Positions 1 through 17,521 of a DNA stretch of 64,000 nt are shown here, one piece after another. The notes under the pieces were generated by a model. The model saw only the letters and a list, made by a program, of their open reading frames with translations, did not search any database and had not been told where the DNA came from. Location of the stretch: the NCBI RefSeq assembly GCF_009914755.1, contig NC_060936.1; one strand, given 5' to 3'. Position 1 is the first letter of the stretch, and the number at the start of each line of letters is the position of its first letter. This DNA comes from the human T2T-CHM13v2.0 reference genome, Homo sapiens. The translations under genes were made by a program, and so were the position numbers.

Positions 1-34
1 ATTTTATGTATATATGTATGTAAAAAGAAAAAAA

Positions 35-1785
35 TGATGGTTACATCATACTTTGGACTTAATTACGCTTTCAACCAAACAAAACCTTCCTTTCCCTGGT
101 CTCAAAAACATTTTATTATCAACAAATAAAGGACATCATATTAAAATTGAGGATATTACTTTCAAATAATAGCCAAAATTTGAAAAAATATTTTGTAAAA
201 ATTAGTATGCTATTTTTTTCTGAAAAGAGATTGATACAAATAATTACATTCATCTTTTGGGGCATAATGTTGAAAACAGATAGTTATAAATATTATAAAT
301 GTGAAACAGTTTAAAATTCTTGACAGCATTCTTAAGACTTTTATCATACTGCACGATAGTCAAGGATACACCACCACCACGACTGATGGTGTTGAGGCTA
401 AAAGTCATATAAGCCTCTTTTAGAAGAATTTCCTCAATGTAATGTACTGTGAAAATTGTTTTTTATAAAATCATTTTTTACTGTCTTACCTCATCAGTGG
501 AAAATGCTACTAAAATAAGCACAGCCATATAAAGGCTATCTAAATAGATAGAATACTCATTATGAGGCTCTAGGCAAAGGACAGACAATTTTTGGACGTT
601 AATTCCAAACTATGAAGTACTGGGTCATCCAAAGGAAAATGTGGATACAGGAGGAGCAGCTCAGATGTTGTTCTCTGTTGCATGTTGCTTTTCTGTGGTA
701 CCTTTTTTTTAAAGGTAAAATTTAAAATGCAAATATTAATAAAACAGAAAAACATTTGCAAACAGCCAGAGTAAGACTTGAAAAAGTTATAGTGAAACAT
801 CAAACTCTTAAATTAATCCAATGAATATTAGAAAAAGAAATAATGAAGAAAGTTATTAATTTTGCAAAAAAATTGTATAGAAAGAACAAAATTTAGAAGA
901 AAAAATTAAAAAAATTATAAAGTATGGTGATGCTCCGTTGTCAGAAGAAATCAAATAGACAATGTTTGAATGTCTCAACTGATTTGACTAACAGCTGAAC
1001 AACCATTCTAAATCAATAGATCAAATGAAATCAATGTATATAAACATTTAGTAATTTTTCTTTGAAGAAAACATCAAACATATTTTTATCAAATGTGATA
1101 GAAATGCATAATGAATTCTTTGTTGAAGATATTTTTGGACTATAGAAATATTGAAAATCTGTTAGAATAAAGTCTGAAGAAATAAAATAATAAACAAAAT
1201 GAGATTTTTATTGCAAGATTTATTTTTATGACTCTCTCTCAAAGTAATTATTATATTTAAGAACTTTCCTTTAAGATAACTTGTGTCAGTTAAGTAAAAA
1301 AAAAAATTTGAAATTAGAAATTTATTTAAAATATTTTTACCAATCACTTATGAAGATAAATTGAACAATTAGGCTATACCATTTATTGAACACTAATATG
1401 TAAAAAAAAAATTACAAAATTTTGACAAGTTTATAGACACTAAGATTCAAAACCAAATTGTACTGTTATCATTCATTACTGCAATAAACCAGAATTTAGG
1501 TATAAGATTTTTATGTTTACCTTTTATCAAAATATAAATTTGTATTTGTGTTTTAATTATTGCCTTTGTTTTTTTCCTTTTTATACTGTAATATTTATTT
1601 TATAGAATTTTACTGGCAAAATTATACCAAATTCTATAAAAAAATTCCCTATCTGCTTTTCTTTTTTGGCCATTATCATTATAAATTAAATTTCATTATT
1701 ATTCTTAAACATAATTTTATTATGTAAAGGATAAGGGTCTTTAAAAGCAATTGGTTTTTCGAATCAAATATACTAGTATGCCATT
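35..1785 (+). mobile_element. Decayed hAT-Tip100 DNA transposon (Zaphod/Arthur-like) with transposase remnants
   Basis: Manual translation gives ordered hAT transposase-like motifs: YIHLLGHNVE (~245-275), DSQGY (~356-370), ENVDTGGAAQMLFS (~635-676), INKTEKHLQT (~735-765) and EDKLNN*AIPFIEH*YVKKKLQNFDKFID (1352-1438, resembles the hAT C-terminal dimerisation motif). Possible terminal repeat remnant caaatatactagtatgccatt at ~1765-1785. Confidence 0.6.
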
Positions 1786-1979
1786 TTTTTGGAAACATTA
1801 AAATAATTAAATCTCCCTCTAAAATTGTCTATCAGACAACATCTAAGCCCTACCTAGATTCAATATATTATGATTATTCATGCTAACTACCCTTTGTCTT
1901 GAGCACACCTTGCAAACTACTTAAAAATCCCCTGGTCACAGTAACCCAATCCATGCAAACCTCAACCTGTTTTTAAAAA

Positions 1980-2412
1980 TGTAATCTTATAGCACCTTGC
2001 CTCAGGTTGAGGATCTTATAGTGTGATTCCTGCCCTGGAGTTTCTCTGAGACCCATATAAAGAATGTTAGCCAATTGGACTTCTTTGGAAACCTGGAAGT
2101 ACAAGAGATTTATGTCAACAGGGCAACCCTGGGCCAATGAGGACAGATGGATGTTTGAGAAATATTCTTGTTTTGTCTTGGACAACCGTACACTGTATAA
2201 GGCTCCTCTGGAGGTCCAAGTGGAAACAACTCAGCTGCTTAGAGGGCATCCAGCTTAATAATACATTCTTACATCGACATTTTCTCCTTCCCTGTTTCAC
2301 TCTCTTTGCCCCGGATTCCACCTCTTACCTGAGATCATATTCTGAAATAGACTAGCCTCATAGGAGCTTTGACTCAGGTTGTACTTTCAGGTGGACCCTG
2401 GGCTGAGGAACA
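1980..2412 (+). mobile_element. Old ERVL solo LTR, LTR16-like
   Basis: TG...CA ends; ggccaatgagg core; 3' end ctcaggttgtactttcaggtggaccctgggctgaggaaca resembles LTR16 termini. Confidence 0.5.
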
Positions 2413-3379
2413 TTTAATGTGTAATCTTGGTAGTGCCTTCCCTTAGAAGTTAAATTGCATTTTTGTCAGACATATTTCATGAAGAAACAGAAAATACCTG
2501 TGTTTCTACCTAGAGTAAGTGTTCATCTTGAAAGTCACACAATAGTTTTTAAGGTTTTTACATTGATCTGTCCAGTTTTCCACTTCAAAATCGGCCCAAA
2601 TTTTCTGTGACAATTCAATTCAGTGATCACAGTATCTAAGTGATTGGTCCTCAATTGCTGTTGTTACTAGCTCTCAATCTACTGCTTTAAAATGTCGCAT
2701 CTTAATTTTCCACTGGATCTTAGCTCCTTACGAAGGAGTTATTCCATTTTTCTTTCTGATCTCATTTGTCCTCACCGTTAGATATTGTTGCACTATTTAC
2801 CATATCCAAATTGGAAACAATTTTGATGGACAAAAGAATCTGAATGATGAATATTAAATATTATCTTCATTATGCATATGGGTGAGTTTGGAGGATGGAG
2901 GGATGATGCGTTATAATAATGAGTTTCCTAGTAATGCACCCAGTGAAAATACTCAATGGAAAAACAGATATAAACAAGAATGCAAGAAAAAAGCAGCTCA
3001 ACAAACAGTATGAACAGACATCAATTCTATTTGAGGAAAATGAAAATTAAATATTTTAAATTTATACATATTATTGCCACTTTTTTATCATTTTGAATAA
3101 TTATTCCTAGGAAATGGAAGTTCATTGTTTATAGAGATCTAATTTTGTCATATGAAACAAAGTGGTTTATAAATCTGAGTGTGTATTTCAATAAGAAGTT
3201 TTATTTTCCAGATAAACCTTTGAGAGTGACAGGCTTTGGGAAATCTTATTGGAAAAGAAGACTTTTGTTTTCTCAAGTGGTTTCTCTCTTATTCCTTCTC
3301 TTGAACTTCATCCTAATCTTTCCTAATCTTGATGACCCTTTTTGCTTATAAATTAACACTTGTCTATGAGGATTTAGGC

Positions 3380-3760
<381 letters not shown>

Positions 3761-4239
3761 TGAAGACACAAATGAATTTTCAGCTGGCTGCAAATTGTGA
3801 ATTATGGTAGTCGCCTTCAAAATACTATCTAATCGAGTATTTTTTTAAAGAAGAATAAACATCTATATATACTTAGAAGAACAGGTTTTATGTTAGGAAC
3901 TGTTTTCCCCATTGTCCTAAACTCAAGAGAGAGACATTCCATTTTCATATTAAGATGACGTTATCTTTATATTCATTCCTAGTGTTCTGCAAACAATATT
4001 TCCTGAGTGTTCAACATTTTTCAGTTTATTTTTCTCTACATATATTTTTCTCTTAAATAAGTCATTTCCTTGCAAAGTATGGTCAATTTTTTATTTCCTC
4101 ATTAGGTATATTTTACTCTTCTTCTCATCTTTGTATTCAAGATGTAAATCTAGTCTACTAAAAATGAGTGCACCTCTGCCATTCTCATCACGAGTTTAGT
4201 TTCATGTACAAGTAATGGAAGGCATTGGCTAAAGGTCAT

Positions 4240-4690
4240 TTGTTTTGAGAACCAACACAATTTATACCCACACAGCTAAAAGTCCATATTAGCATGACTT
4301 CACTAATCTTAAACTTATCCTTGCTGCTCCAGAAAACCCTTTCTCAGAAAGATAAAAGATGCAAATAACATTATTTGTTCTTTCAGGAACTACTGAAAGC
4401 CTCTTTTAGATGAACATCACACTGCTGCACTTTCAATAAACAGCACTCACTTAGAATCTTTTCCTCAAAACCTTAGCCTTGCCCTGCCCACAAATTCTAA
4501 ACTATTATTTCATTAACTAATCCTCATTGAGCCCTCACATTGAAATACATGCTTTAAATTACACCTCCAACACCTCATAAATATTCCAACTTTCCCCTCT
4601 TCTCTCTGAAACACTATTAAGACATTCTCAGAAAGTGGTATTTTGTACCATGACTAATGAATACGTTATTTTGGTGAAATTCAGTACCCT
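4240..4690 (+). mobile_element. Degenerate ERV1-type LTR (MER31/MER67-like)
   Basis: ataaatattcc...ctctgaaacactattaagac...gtggtatt segment resembles this LTR group; heavily diverged. Confidence 0.3.
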
Positions 4691-4822
4691 GAATCCTTTA
4701 AAATGACCACAAATCCAATAATCAATTATACGTTATATTAGAAGGGCCAAAGTTTTCATTATTCTACTTTTGGAAGACAATTCTCTATAAATTTTTTGCC
4801 TATTTCTATATCTTCTGTAACA

Positions 4823-5150
4823 GTGTGTGTATATATATATATACATATATATACTGTTATTACTATATATATAGTTACAAATCAACACTTATCTATGAGG
4901 ATTTAGGCATTTTTTTTTTTTTTTTCTGAGACGGAGTTTCACTCAGGCTGGAATGCAATGGCACGATCTCGGCTCACTGCAGCCTCTGCCTCCTGGGTTC
5001 AAACTATATATATATATATATAGTTATATTATATATATAATACAGATATATATACTTTTATAATACAGATATATATATATAATTAGGTATATATAGTTAT
5101 ATTATATATACTACAGATAATTTATATAATACAGATATTATATATATAAA
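4823..5150. repeat. (TA)n-rich microsatellite region
   Basis: Runs of tatata interspersed with acaga/agtta. Confidence 0.9.
4875..5004 (-). repeat. Duplicated copy of 3346-3493 (unique flank plus Alu tail end)
   Basis: ttacaaatcaacacttatctatgaggatttaggc+Tn+Alu through gggttcaaac matches ttataaattaacacttgtctatgaggatttaggc+Tn+Alu at 3346. Confidence 0.9.
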
Positions 5151-5739
5151 AATATCTTTCAAAGATGCTTATAAACAACCTTGGAAATTAGAATGCCTTT
5201 TTCTAGAGCACAGAGCATATTGGTTTGCTGTGTATGTTACCAATGACAGTGTGACTCTCTAGTCCAACTGTTGGACAGGTTTGCTAGCAGCCTTCTTATG
5301 AAAGATTGGGGATTTCCTAAGCTTGGAGTTTTCTCCTGTAACACAACTCATTGTGTGAACTGTCGTCACTTGGACTTTATCATATCACCCTGTAGGAATT
5401 AGGACTTGGGAAACTGGTGCAAATAATCTAATGTTGACTACTCCTGTTGCTGCGAGTAATAAGCTGGCTTTTGTCTCTTATGCAGGAATCTGGTTTCTTT
5501 TCCCAATATCCATAAATTTGTGGCAGGTTATCTTTTTTGCTTCCATGTAGTGTAAACTCTCAGACCCTTCATAGTTCTTGACATCTATATGAAAGATGGC
5601 AGATATAAAATTTTTTTTTTCACTAGTGAGCTTAAAAGTAAAATCTCTTTTAGAAGCTTCATTTAATTAGTCATGAACCACTCCACCCTTCCATGAAGAT
5701 TATTTTGATAGATTAACTAATTGCAACTACAATCAAATA

Positions 5740-5960
5740 ACAATTATCTAAGGGTCAGGCACTTTAAAATGTACTTCAGAGATGTGAGGCAATTTTATTT
5801 TCACGGCAAGTCAGTGTGGTATGTTTAGTTATTCCAGATATAAATATTTGGAAACAGATATCTAAAAACTAAGTAACAAGTTCCAAGTCACACAGGTGGT
5901 AATTGATAGAGCCAGATTAGTAATCAATCTGGTACTAGGACTAACAGTAAAACCCAAATT
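5740..5960 (-). mobile_element. MIR
   Basis: ggaaacaga...taagtaac...ccaagtcacacag...agagccaga resembles the reverse-complement MIR core. Confidence 0.5.
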
Positions 5961-7689
5961 CCTCCCAGTATTCTATACTGTAACTCAGGGTCTCCGTTGA
6001 AATTTGGCATGGATATTGCCTAAAGAATCAAAAGATTGCTGACATTTGTAGTTTCCTATATGAATAACATGTTTAACTTGCTATTATTTAATAAGAAAAG
6101 GACCCGAAAGCCAACTTCACTGGTTTGGAAAGAAGCAGTCTATAATTGAGCAAAATTAAACAAATACCAGTTATTTTTTATGCTACTCATAAATATCCTT
6201 CCTTTATTATTTCTAAAATGTCATCAGCCTGACATTACAGTTACAGCTATTGAAGACAAATATATGTAAACATGTGAAGAATTTTAAAATCCAATGGATG
6301 ACATGAAAACATCTTTAGAATTGTGGCCAAGCCAGAGGAGAAGACATTAAAATATCTTTAGAACTGTAGCCAAATAAGATTATGGGAACGAAGAAGAATT
6401 CAATTAGGCAGTAAGTACAAGTGGGGAATTCTACTTACCAAATCAGGTGGTTTTAAAAAATAGTTCTGCTGTCCATTAAGTACCTGGGCAGACCCTAGGA
6501 CATAGAACAAGTTCCTGTAAAGTGGCTTCAAATTTATGAATGATAAACAAACACCGATAATTACAGCAAACTACTACAGCAAACAGCACAATGGTTTTTG
6601 ATTTTCTACCAAATTACCCCAGCATCCCCCTTAGAAAGTCAGTTGAGGTAATGAGGTTAAGACATAATAAGAGGAGTCAGGTATAGATCACGAATACTTC
6701 ATTATAAGTTTAGAATAATCAGTATCCTTTTTTATTGAGAATTCTTACTACATTTAGAAGAATGTGGCATATGTGATGCTTTATTTTGAGCTAAAATATC
6801 TAACATGATTTGATTTTTCTGTTACCAGTATTAGACTATATAAATTTATTTTATGAATTTGTTTATATTTATAAAAATTCTTTTAAAAGTTTTGAGAGTT
6901 TTTTTTACAGTTGTGAATTTTCTGTTATGCTTCTGAAATGCCTAAAAAATAAATATATTTAATTTGTAAATGTAGGAAAAACAATTTTTAAAAATTTTAT
7001 TAATTAAAATTATATGCAGAGTGCTTATTTTAGGATTTTTTCTCCAATTTGATTTAATTTATATTATTCAAAGGGCTTGCTAGAAATATTTGTTATCTAC
7101 TACATATAAAAATAGTAAAGTCAATTTAAAAAGTTTACTTTAAAGATTTAAATAATACTATATTTATAAATTAATGATCTGTGTATAAATTTAAAACAGT
7201 TATAGTTGCCCATAAACATTTTTAAAAATATGTTGTTACTAAAATACTATTAAGTAATTTTATAAAAATTTTGATATACAGAATTAATTTTGTGCCTTTT
7301 TGATAAAATATTTGAAGATATAAAGCCATGTCTATGTTATTGGATGTGTATAATTTTTGCATTAGCATGCTTCTACAGAGACTTTTTATAAAGTAATTGG
7401 TGGCCCTCTCTACTCGTGGTAATCTTGTGCCTTAAAATCCTTCTGATAATTAATGCGAACTTTTAGACCATCTCTTTTAACTATTACATTTATTTAGTTT
7501 ATATTTATTAATTACTGATAAATTTATTTTACTAACTTATTTTTGGTTTTTCATTTATATTATTTTTCATGCTGTTTTCCTCTTCTATTTTTCTTGTTTT
7601 TTTTGATGGTTCCATCAGTGAAATATGTTATGGTGTTATTTTTCCATTGCACTTTATTTACAATTTTTTAGATTTTTTTTTTTTTTTGG

Positions 7690-8480
7690 CACACAAAAAG
7701 CAGTACATAAATATTGTAAGCAACTTGATGAGCTTGGAGATAAGTATACATTAGTGAAACCATCACTACAATCTATGCCATAAACGTATCCATCACCTCC
7801 AAAACTTTTATTCTGCTTTCTTATAGCCACTATTATTATTTTTGTGATAAGAACACTTATGATAAGATCTGCCTTCTTAGCAAATTTTTAAGTATACATT
7901 ATTATTAGCTATAAGCACTATACCGTACAGTAGATCTCTAGAACTTATTTATTGCTAATAGCCAAAACCTTATACTGTGATTAATACCTCCAGTTTTGCC
8001 CTCCCTTAGTCCCTGTTAACTACCATTTTACTCTCTGCTTCTATGAATGTGATGATTTTAAACTTAACATATAAGTGCACTTATGTAGTATTAGTCTTTT
8101 TGTGTCTGTTTTTTTTTTCTTTTTCACTTAGGATTATGTTCTCCAGGTTTATCCATGTTGATGGCAAATGGCAGGATTTCCATCTTTTCAAGGCTAAATA
8201 GTACCTCATTGTGTATATATGCCAACTTTTCTTTATCCACTTATTAAACAATTGACATTTAGGATACTTCCAGATCTTGGCTATTGTGAATAATGCTGCA
8301 ATGAACACAGGAGTGCAGATATATACCAATAAGTGAGGAGTCTAGATCATATGGTAGGTCTATTTTTAGTTTTCTGAGGAATCTCCATTCTGCTTTCCAT
8401 AGTGGCTATACCAACTTTTCACATTTTGTACCTTGACCTACAATGTACAGTGTTTCCTTTTCTCCACATTTGTTATCTTT
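7690..8480 (-). mobile_element. L1MA9/L1MB-like 3' end
   Basis: Antisense L1 3'UTR and ORF2 C-terminus; ORF 8081-8329 reads FIAALFTIAKIWKYPKC. Confidence 0.75.
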
Positions 8481-8489
8481 AATCTTTAT

Positions 8490-11070
<2,581 letters not shown>

Positions 11071-14000
11071 GAATCAAGAAGATAGGTTCAAGATGGCTGA
11101 CTAAAAGCAGCTAGTGTGCACCATTCACATGGAGAGGAAACAAAGTGGCAAGTAAATACTAGCTCTTCAACTGGATCTTCTAAAAGACCATGTCAGGATT
11201 CACTAAGGAAGTAAGGGACGCACAGAGAACAGAGAGGTATGAAGCCAGGAAACCACCTCTCTGGGACTAAAGTGGAGCCAAGTGATGTTCCCTAACATGG
11301 GGAAAAGGTGAGTGATTGAGAGTCCCCAGAGAATTCATATTTTCCACACAGACCTTTGCTATCCTGGGCAGGGGAGAACACCCATAACTCCCCCAGACCT
11401 CCAGAGAGCTGCCTGGAGTTTTTGCAGAGGCATTACTCAAGCACACATGGAGCCCTGCAGGCCCTGGATCCCTGAGTAGATTGACTGCGGCTGTTGTAGC
11501 CCTGATAGAGGAAGCAGTCATGATGAAGAGGAGTGACCAGACTACCCCACTCTTCTTCACCAGGTGAGGTTCAACTCTGGCATCCAGTGCAGTGAACCTG
11601 CCCCGACCTGGGCTCTGTGGGAAAGCACAGCTCTATGTTCCCTGAGGAACCTTCTGGATGATAGACCATGTGACCTTTTTCTCCCACTGCTCCTAGCCAG
11701 ACAAGGCTTGCCAACTTGGGTTTCCAGTGCAGCAATCCAGTCCCTGCCTGAACTCTGTGGGCAGGCATAGTTCTGTATTTCCCTGGGAATCACACAGGAT
11801 GAAGACTGTGAAACCCCCTGCCCCTGCTGCTTCTAGTTAGGTAAGGCTCACTGGCTTGGGCTTCCAGTGCAACAGTCTTACCCTTGCCTGACCAGTATGG
11901 TTGGTTGTGCCTCTGTGTTCCTCTGGAGCAAAACTCCTAGAGGTAACAATGCTGGGCACCTCTGCATGCTCCCAACAGTTAACCTCAACAGTGCTTAGAT
12001 GGAAGGGAAGTGTGAGTGTGTCACATGCTCCACAGCTGCCAATCTCCATTGCTCAGCTGAGGAGACCTGCTTTTCCCAGTAAAAGGCCCACAGCACAGCT
12101 ATCCTGCCTCCACCAAATCATTCCACTTGTGGTTCAGAACTCCTCTGAAAACCCAACCCCAAAAGATCTGTGACATTCCCTCAGGTTCTCATCACCTAAA
12201 CGTACTGTCTGCCCCTGCCTGAGAATCTGGCCAGCGTCCTGGGGACCAGCCTGTTCATCCCACTGAAAGCCAGCACCTGGACTAGCTCGACTGAAATGCA
12301 GCCCTGCCAGGATTTATGCAAGCTGTCTAGTGGGCCATTTAGGGACTTGGGAACTGGAGAACAACCTGCCCCACTCCAACTCTGTTGGCACTTGACCACT
12401 TCCTCTAGGGCCAGAGGTTGGGCTGACCCAATCAACTGATACCACCACAACCAACACACATGAGCATGGGATCAAATGTGGAAACCTTTTACAAGAGACA
12501 GTAGCACTGCCACATCAGAGAATAGACAAGTATTAAAGCTATCTGTGTCAGGTTGTAGGACGAGGTTATGCCTTGAAACCACTCCCATGGAGAGTAGCAA
12601 AACAGATGTTTCCTGTGGCTCTCAACCCCATTGTGGTCTGGAGATAGACTATAGTCTGCCTCTGAACTAGGAGTCATGAGCCATTGAACAGGGTGTGATA
12701 GGTAAAAATAAAAGAAATCACATTCCTGGCTGTCTAGGACAGGGAGCCGGCGCAGGTCCCTTACCAACCACCAGCCTAACAAAAACCTCAGTGCACTACA
12801 CCAGGAGCTCCTCCCAGCCATCCTCTTTAGGGCTGGTGCTTGCACTTGCCATCAGGATATTTGTGAGTAATCCAGGGGCTCCAGCTCCACTGAACTGTAT
12901 CCCCCCCTTCCCGTAGGAAGGAAGCTCAGGGAGCTAGACATCCCACTAGCCCATCACCTATCACGGGAAACAACAGGACAGTGCCTCACAGTAACAGAGA
13001 TCAGGTCCAAACCCACCTGCTTGTGTGACAGCTGGCTCTCACCAGCAAACGCCATACACTGGCCTGTAGGTCAAACTGCACAGCCTAATACAAAACCTTC
13101 CATCAAAAGTGCATAGGACTATAGAAGCCAAGACAAAAGACACTACCTAAAACAACCTCCAGATGAGAAAGAACCAGCATAATAATTCTGCCATCATAAA
13201 AAATCTGAATGTTGTGATACCACCAAAGGCTCACTCCAGGTCTCTAGCAATCTAGGTCTCTAGCTGAAATGGAGGCAAAGAGATGACTGATGGATAATTC
13301 AAAGCATGGATTGCAGAAAATTCAAACAAGATCCAAGTCAAAGCTGAAAATCAATACAAAAGAACCTCTAAAGCAATCCAGGAAATAAAGGAAGAGGTAA
13401 ACATCTTAAAAAGAAATGAATCAGAGCTACTAGAATTGGAAACCTCACTTAAGGAATTTTAAAACACAACTGAAAGATTTATCCATAGTCTAGACTGAGC
13501 AGGAGAAAGAATTGTAGAGCTTAAAGACCAGTCTTTTGAACTAATCCAGTCAGATAAAAATAAAGAAAAAAATTTTTAAATGAACAAAGTCTCTGAGAAA
13601 TATAAGATTATGTAAAGCAACCCAAACTATGAATTGTTGACATTTCTGAGAGAGAAGGAGACAAAGTGAACAACCCGAAAAATGTATTTGAGGAAATAAT
13701 CCAAGAACATTTTCCTAACCTTGCTAGAGAAGTAGACATTCAAAACAAAAACGCCCGAGAACACTGGCCAGATGCTATACAAAATGAACACCACCAAGGT
13801 AAGTGGTCACCAGAATGTCTAAGGCGAACACTAAAGAAAAAATCTTAAAGGCAGCTAGAGAAAAAGGCCAGATTGCACACAAAGGAAACCTGTCAAGTTA
13901 ACAGCAGACATCTCAGTAGAACTCCTGTAAGCCAGAAGAGACTGGGGGCCGATTTTCAGCATTCTCAAAGAAAGGGGACTACAGCCAAGAATTTCATAAC

Positions 14001-14187
14001 TTGCCAAACCAAGCTTTATAAATGAAGGAGAAATAAAACATTTTTCAGATAAGCAAGTGCTAAGCAAATTCATTACCACTAGGCCAGCTTTACAAAAGTT
14101 TATAAAGGAATTTCTAATCACAGAAACAAAAGAATGATACCTGTTACCACAAAACTACACCTAGGTACATAACCCACAGACCCTTGA

Positions 14188-14608
<421 letters not shown>

Positions 14609-14665
14609 TAATGCTCCACTTAAAAGGCACCAAGTGGCATGTTGGAAACAAACAAACAAAGACCG

Positions 14666-15413
<748 letters not shown>

Positions 15414-17521
15414 ATACACATTCATCTGCTGAGACCCATCTCAACCGTAATACCCATAGACTCAAGGTAAAGAGTTGGAGAAAGATCTATTATACAAACG
15501 GAAAACAAAAAAGAACAGAGTTGCTATTTTTATATTTCATATCAGCTGTTTTCATATCAGCTTTAACCAATTACAGTAAAAAAGGACAAAGAAGGCCGTT
15601 ACATAATGATAAAGGCTTCAATCCAACGAGATGACTTAACTATCCTAAATATATATGCACTTCACATTGGAGCAGTCAGATCCATAAGACAAATACTTTT
15701 GAACCTACAAAAAGACTTAGCCACACAATAATAATGAGGGACTTCAACATACCACTGACAGTTGTAGAGAGATCAAGGCAGAAAACTAACAAAAGAAATT
15801 CTGTACTTAAATTTGACCCTTGACCAATTGGACCTACTAGACGTCTACAGGGAACTCCACCCATCAACCACAGAATATACATTCTTCTCATTTACACACA
15901 CAGCATACTCAAAGATTGATCACGTGCTTGCCCACAAAGCAAGTCTCAATAAATTTAAAAACTTAAAATCATACCAGTCATACTCTCAGGTCACTTTATA
16001 ATAATAATATAAATCAATATCAAGAGTATCTCTCAAAACCACACAATTGCATGGAAATAAAATAACTTACTCTTGAATGACCCTTGGGTAAACTATGAAA
16101 TTAAGGCAAGAATTAAAAAAAAAATTAGAAGTAAATGAAAGCAGAGACACAACATACCTAAATCTCTGGTATGCAGTGAACGTAATGTTAAGTGGAAAGT
16201 TTATAGCACTAAATGCCTACATTAAGAAATTAGAAACATCTGAACCTAAAAATCTAAGATCACCTGGAGGAAGTTGAAAAACAAGAAAAAATTAACCCCA
16301 AAAGTATTAGAGGAAAAAAATTAACTAAAATCAGAGTAAACTGAATAAAGTTGAGACCCAAAAATCTATACAAAGGATGAACAAAACCAAATGTTGTTCT
16401 TTGAAAGGGTAAACAAGATGGACACATCACTAGCTAGATTAATGAAGAAAAAAAGAGAGAGGATGCAAGCAAGTGCAATCAGAAATGACAAGGGTGACAT
16501 TACAGCTGATCCCACAGTGAATACCTCTATGCACATAAACTAGAAAATCTAGAGACAACGGATACATTTTCTGGAAACACACAAACTCCAAAGACTGAGT
16601 AGAGTCAGTCAAAGGAAGAAATAAAAACTTCAAATAGACAAATATCAATTTTCAAAATTGAATCAGTAATAAAAATTATCTACCAACCAAAAAGAGCCCT
16701 GGAACAGATGGATTCACAGCTGAATTCTACCAGACATACAAAGAAGAGCTGGTAACAATCTTATGGAAATGGCTTCAAAAAATTGAGGAGGGATTCCTCC
16801 CTAACTCATACTACAAAGTCAGTGTCACTCTGATACCAAAATCTGGCAAAGACACAACAGAAAAAGAAAACTACAGGCCAATATCCATGATGAGCATAGA
16901 CACAAAAAATTCTCAGCAAAATACTAGCAAATCGAATCTCACAGCACATCAAAAAGTTAACTTACCATGATCAAGTAGTCTTTATTCCAGGGATGCAGGG
17001 CTGGTTCAACATACGCAAATCAATAAACGCAATTCACCATACACACACATAAAAACAGAATTAAAAACAAAAATCATATGATCATCTCAATAGATGCAGA
17101 GGAAGCTTTTCATACAATCCAGTGTCCCTTTGTGATGGAAACTCTCAACAAATTAAGCATCAAAGGAACGTACTTCAAAATAACCCAAGCCATCTACGAC
17201 AAACCTACAGCCAGCATCATACTCAATGGCCAAAAGCTAGAAGCATTCCCCTTCAGAACTACAGCAGGATGCTTACCACTCCTGTCTAATGTAGTCCTGG
17301 GGGTCCTTGCCAGAAAATCACACAAGTAGAAGAAAAAAAAGTCATCCATATAGGAAAAGAAGAAGTCAAGTTGTCCCTGTTTGCTGATAATATGAATATA
17401 TACCTAGAGAACCTTGGAAATTCTGCTTAAAGGCTCCTAGAACTGATAAACTACTTCAGTGGGTTTCAGGATGTGGAATAAATGCACAACAACTGGTAAT
17501 ATTTCTATACACTAATAGCAT

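Larger units (their letters stand above)
4769..5583 (+). mobile_element. ERVL-class solo LTR (MER77/MER68-like) interrupted by (TA)n and a copied Alu fragment
   Basis: Start ggaagacaattctc; internal gattggggatttcctaagct; end ctcagacccttcatagttcttgaca. Confidence 0.5.

Noticed and set aside
6301-6373. 43-bp-period imperfect duplication (also small ones near 3311, 13239, 15536, 19225, 41489 and 43776)
   Set aside because: Ordinary short slippage duplications with no further structure.
11267-12916. Cluster of ORFs in a GC-richer island suggesting a gene or CpG island
   Set aside because: Explained by the L1 5'UTR; CpG-depleted.
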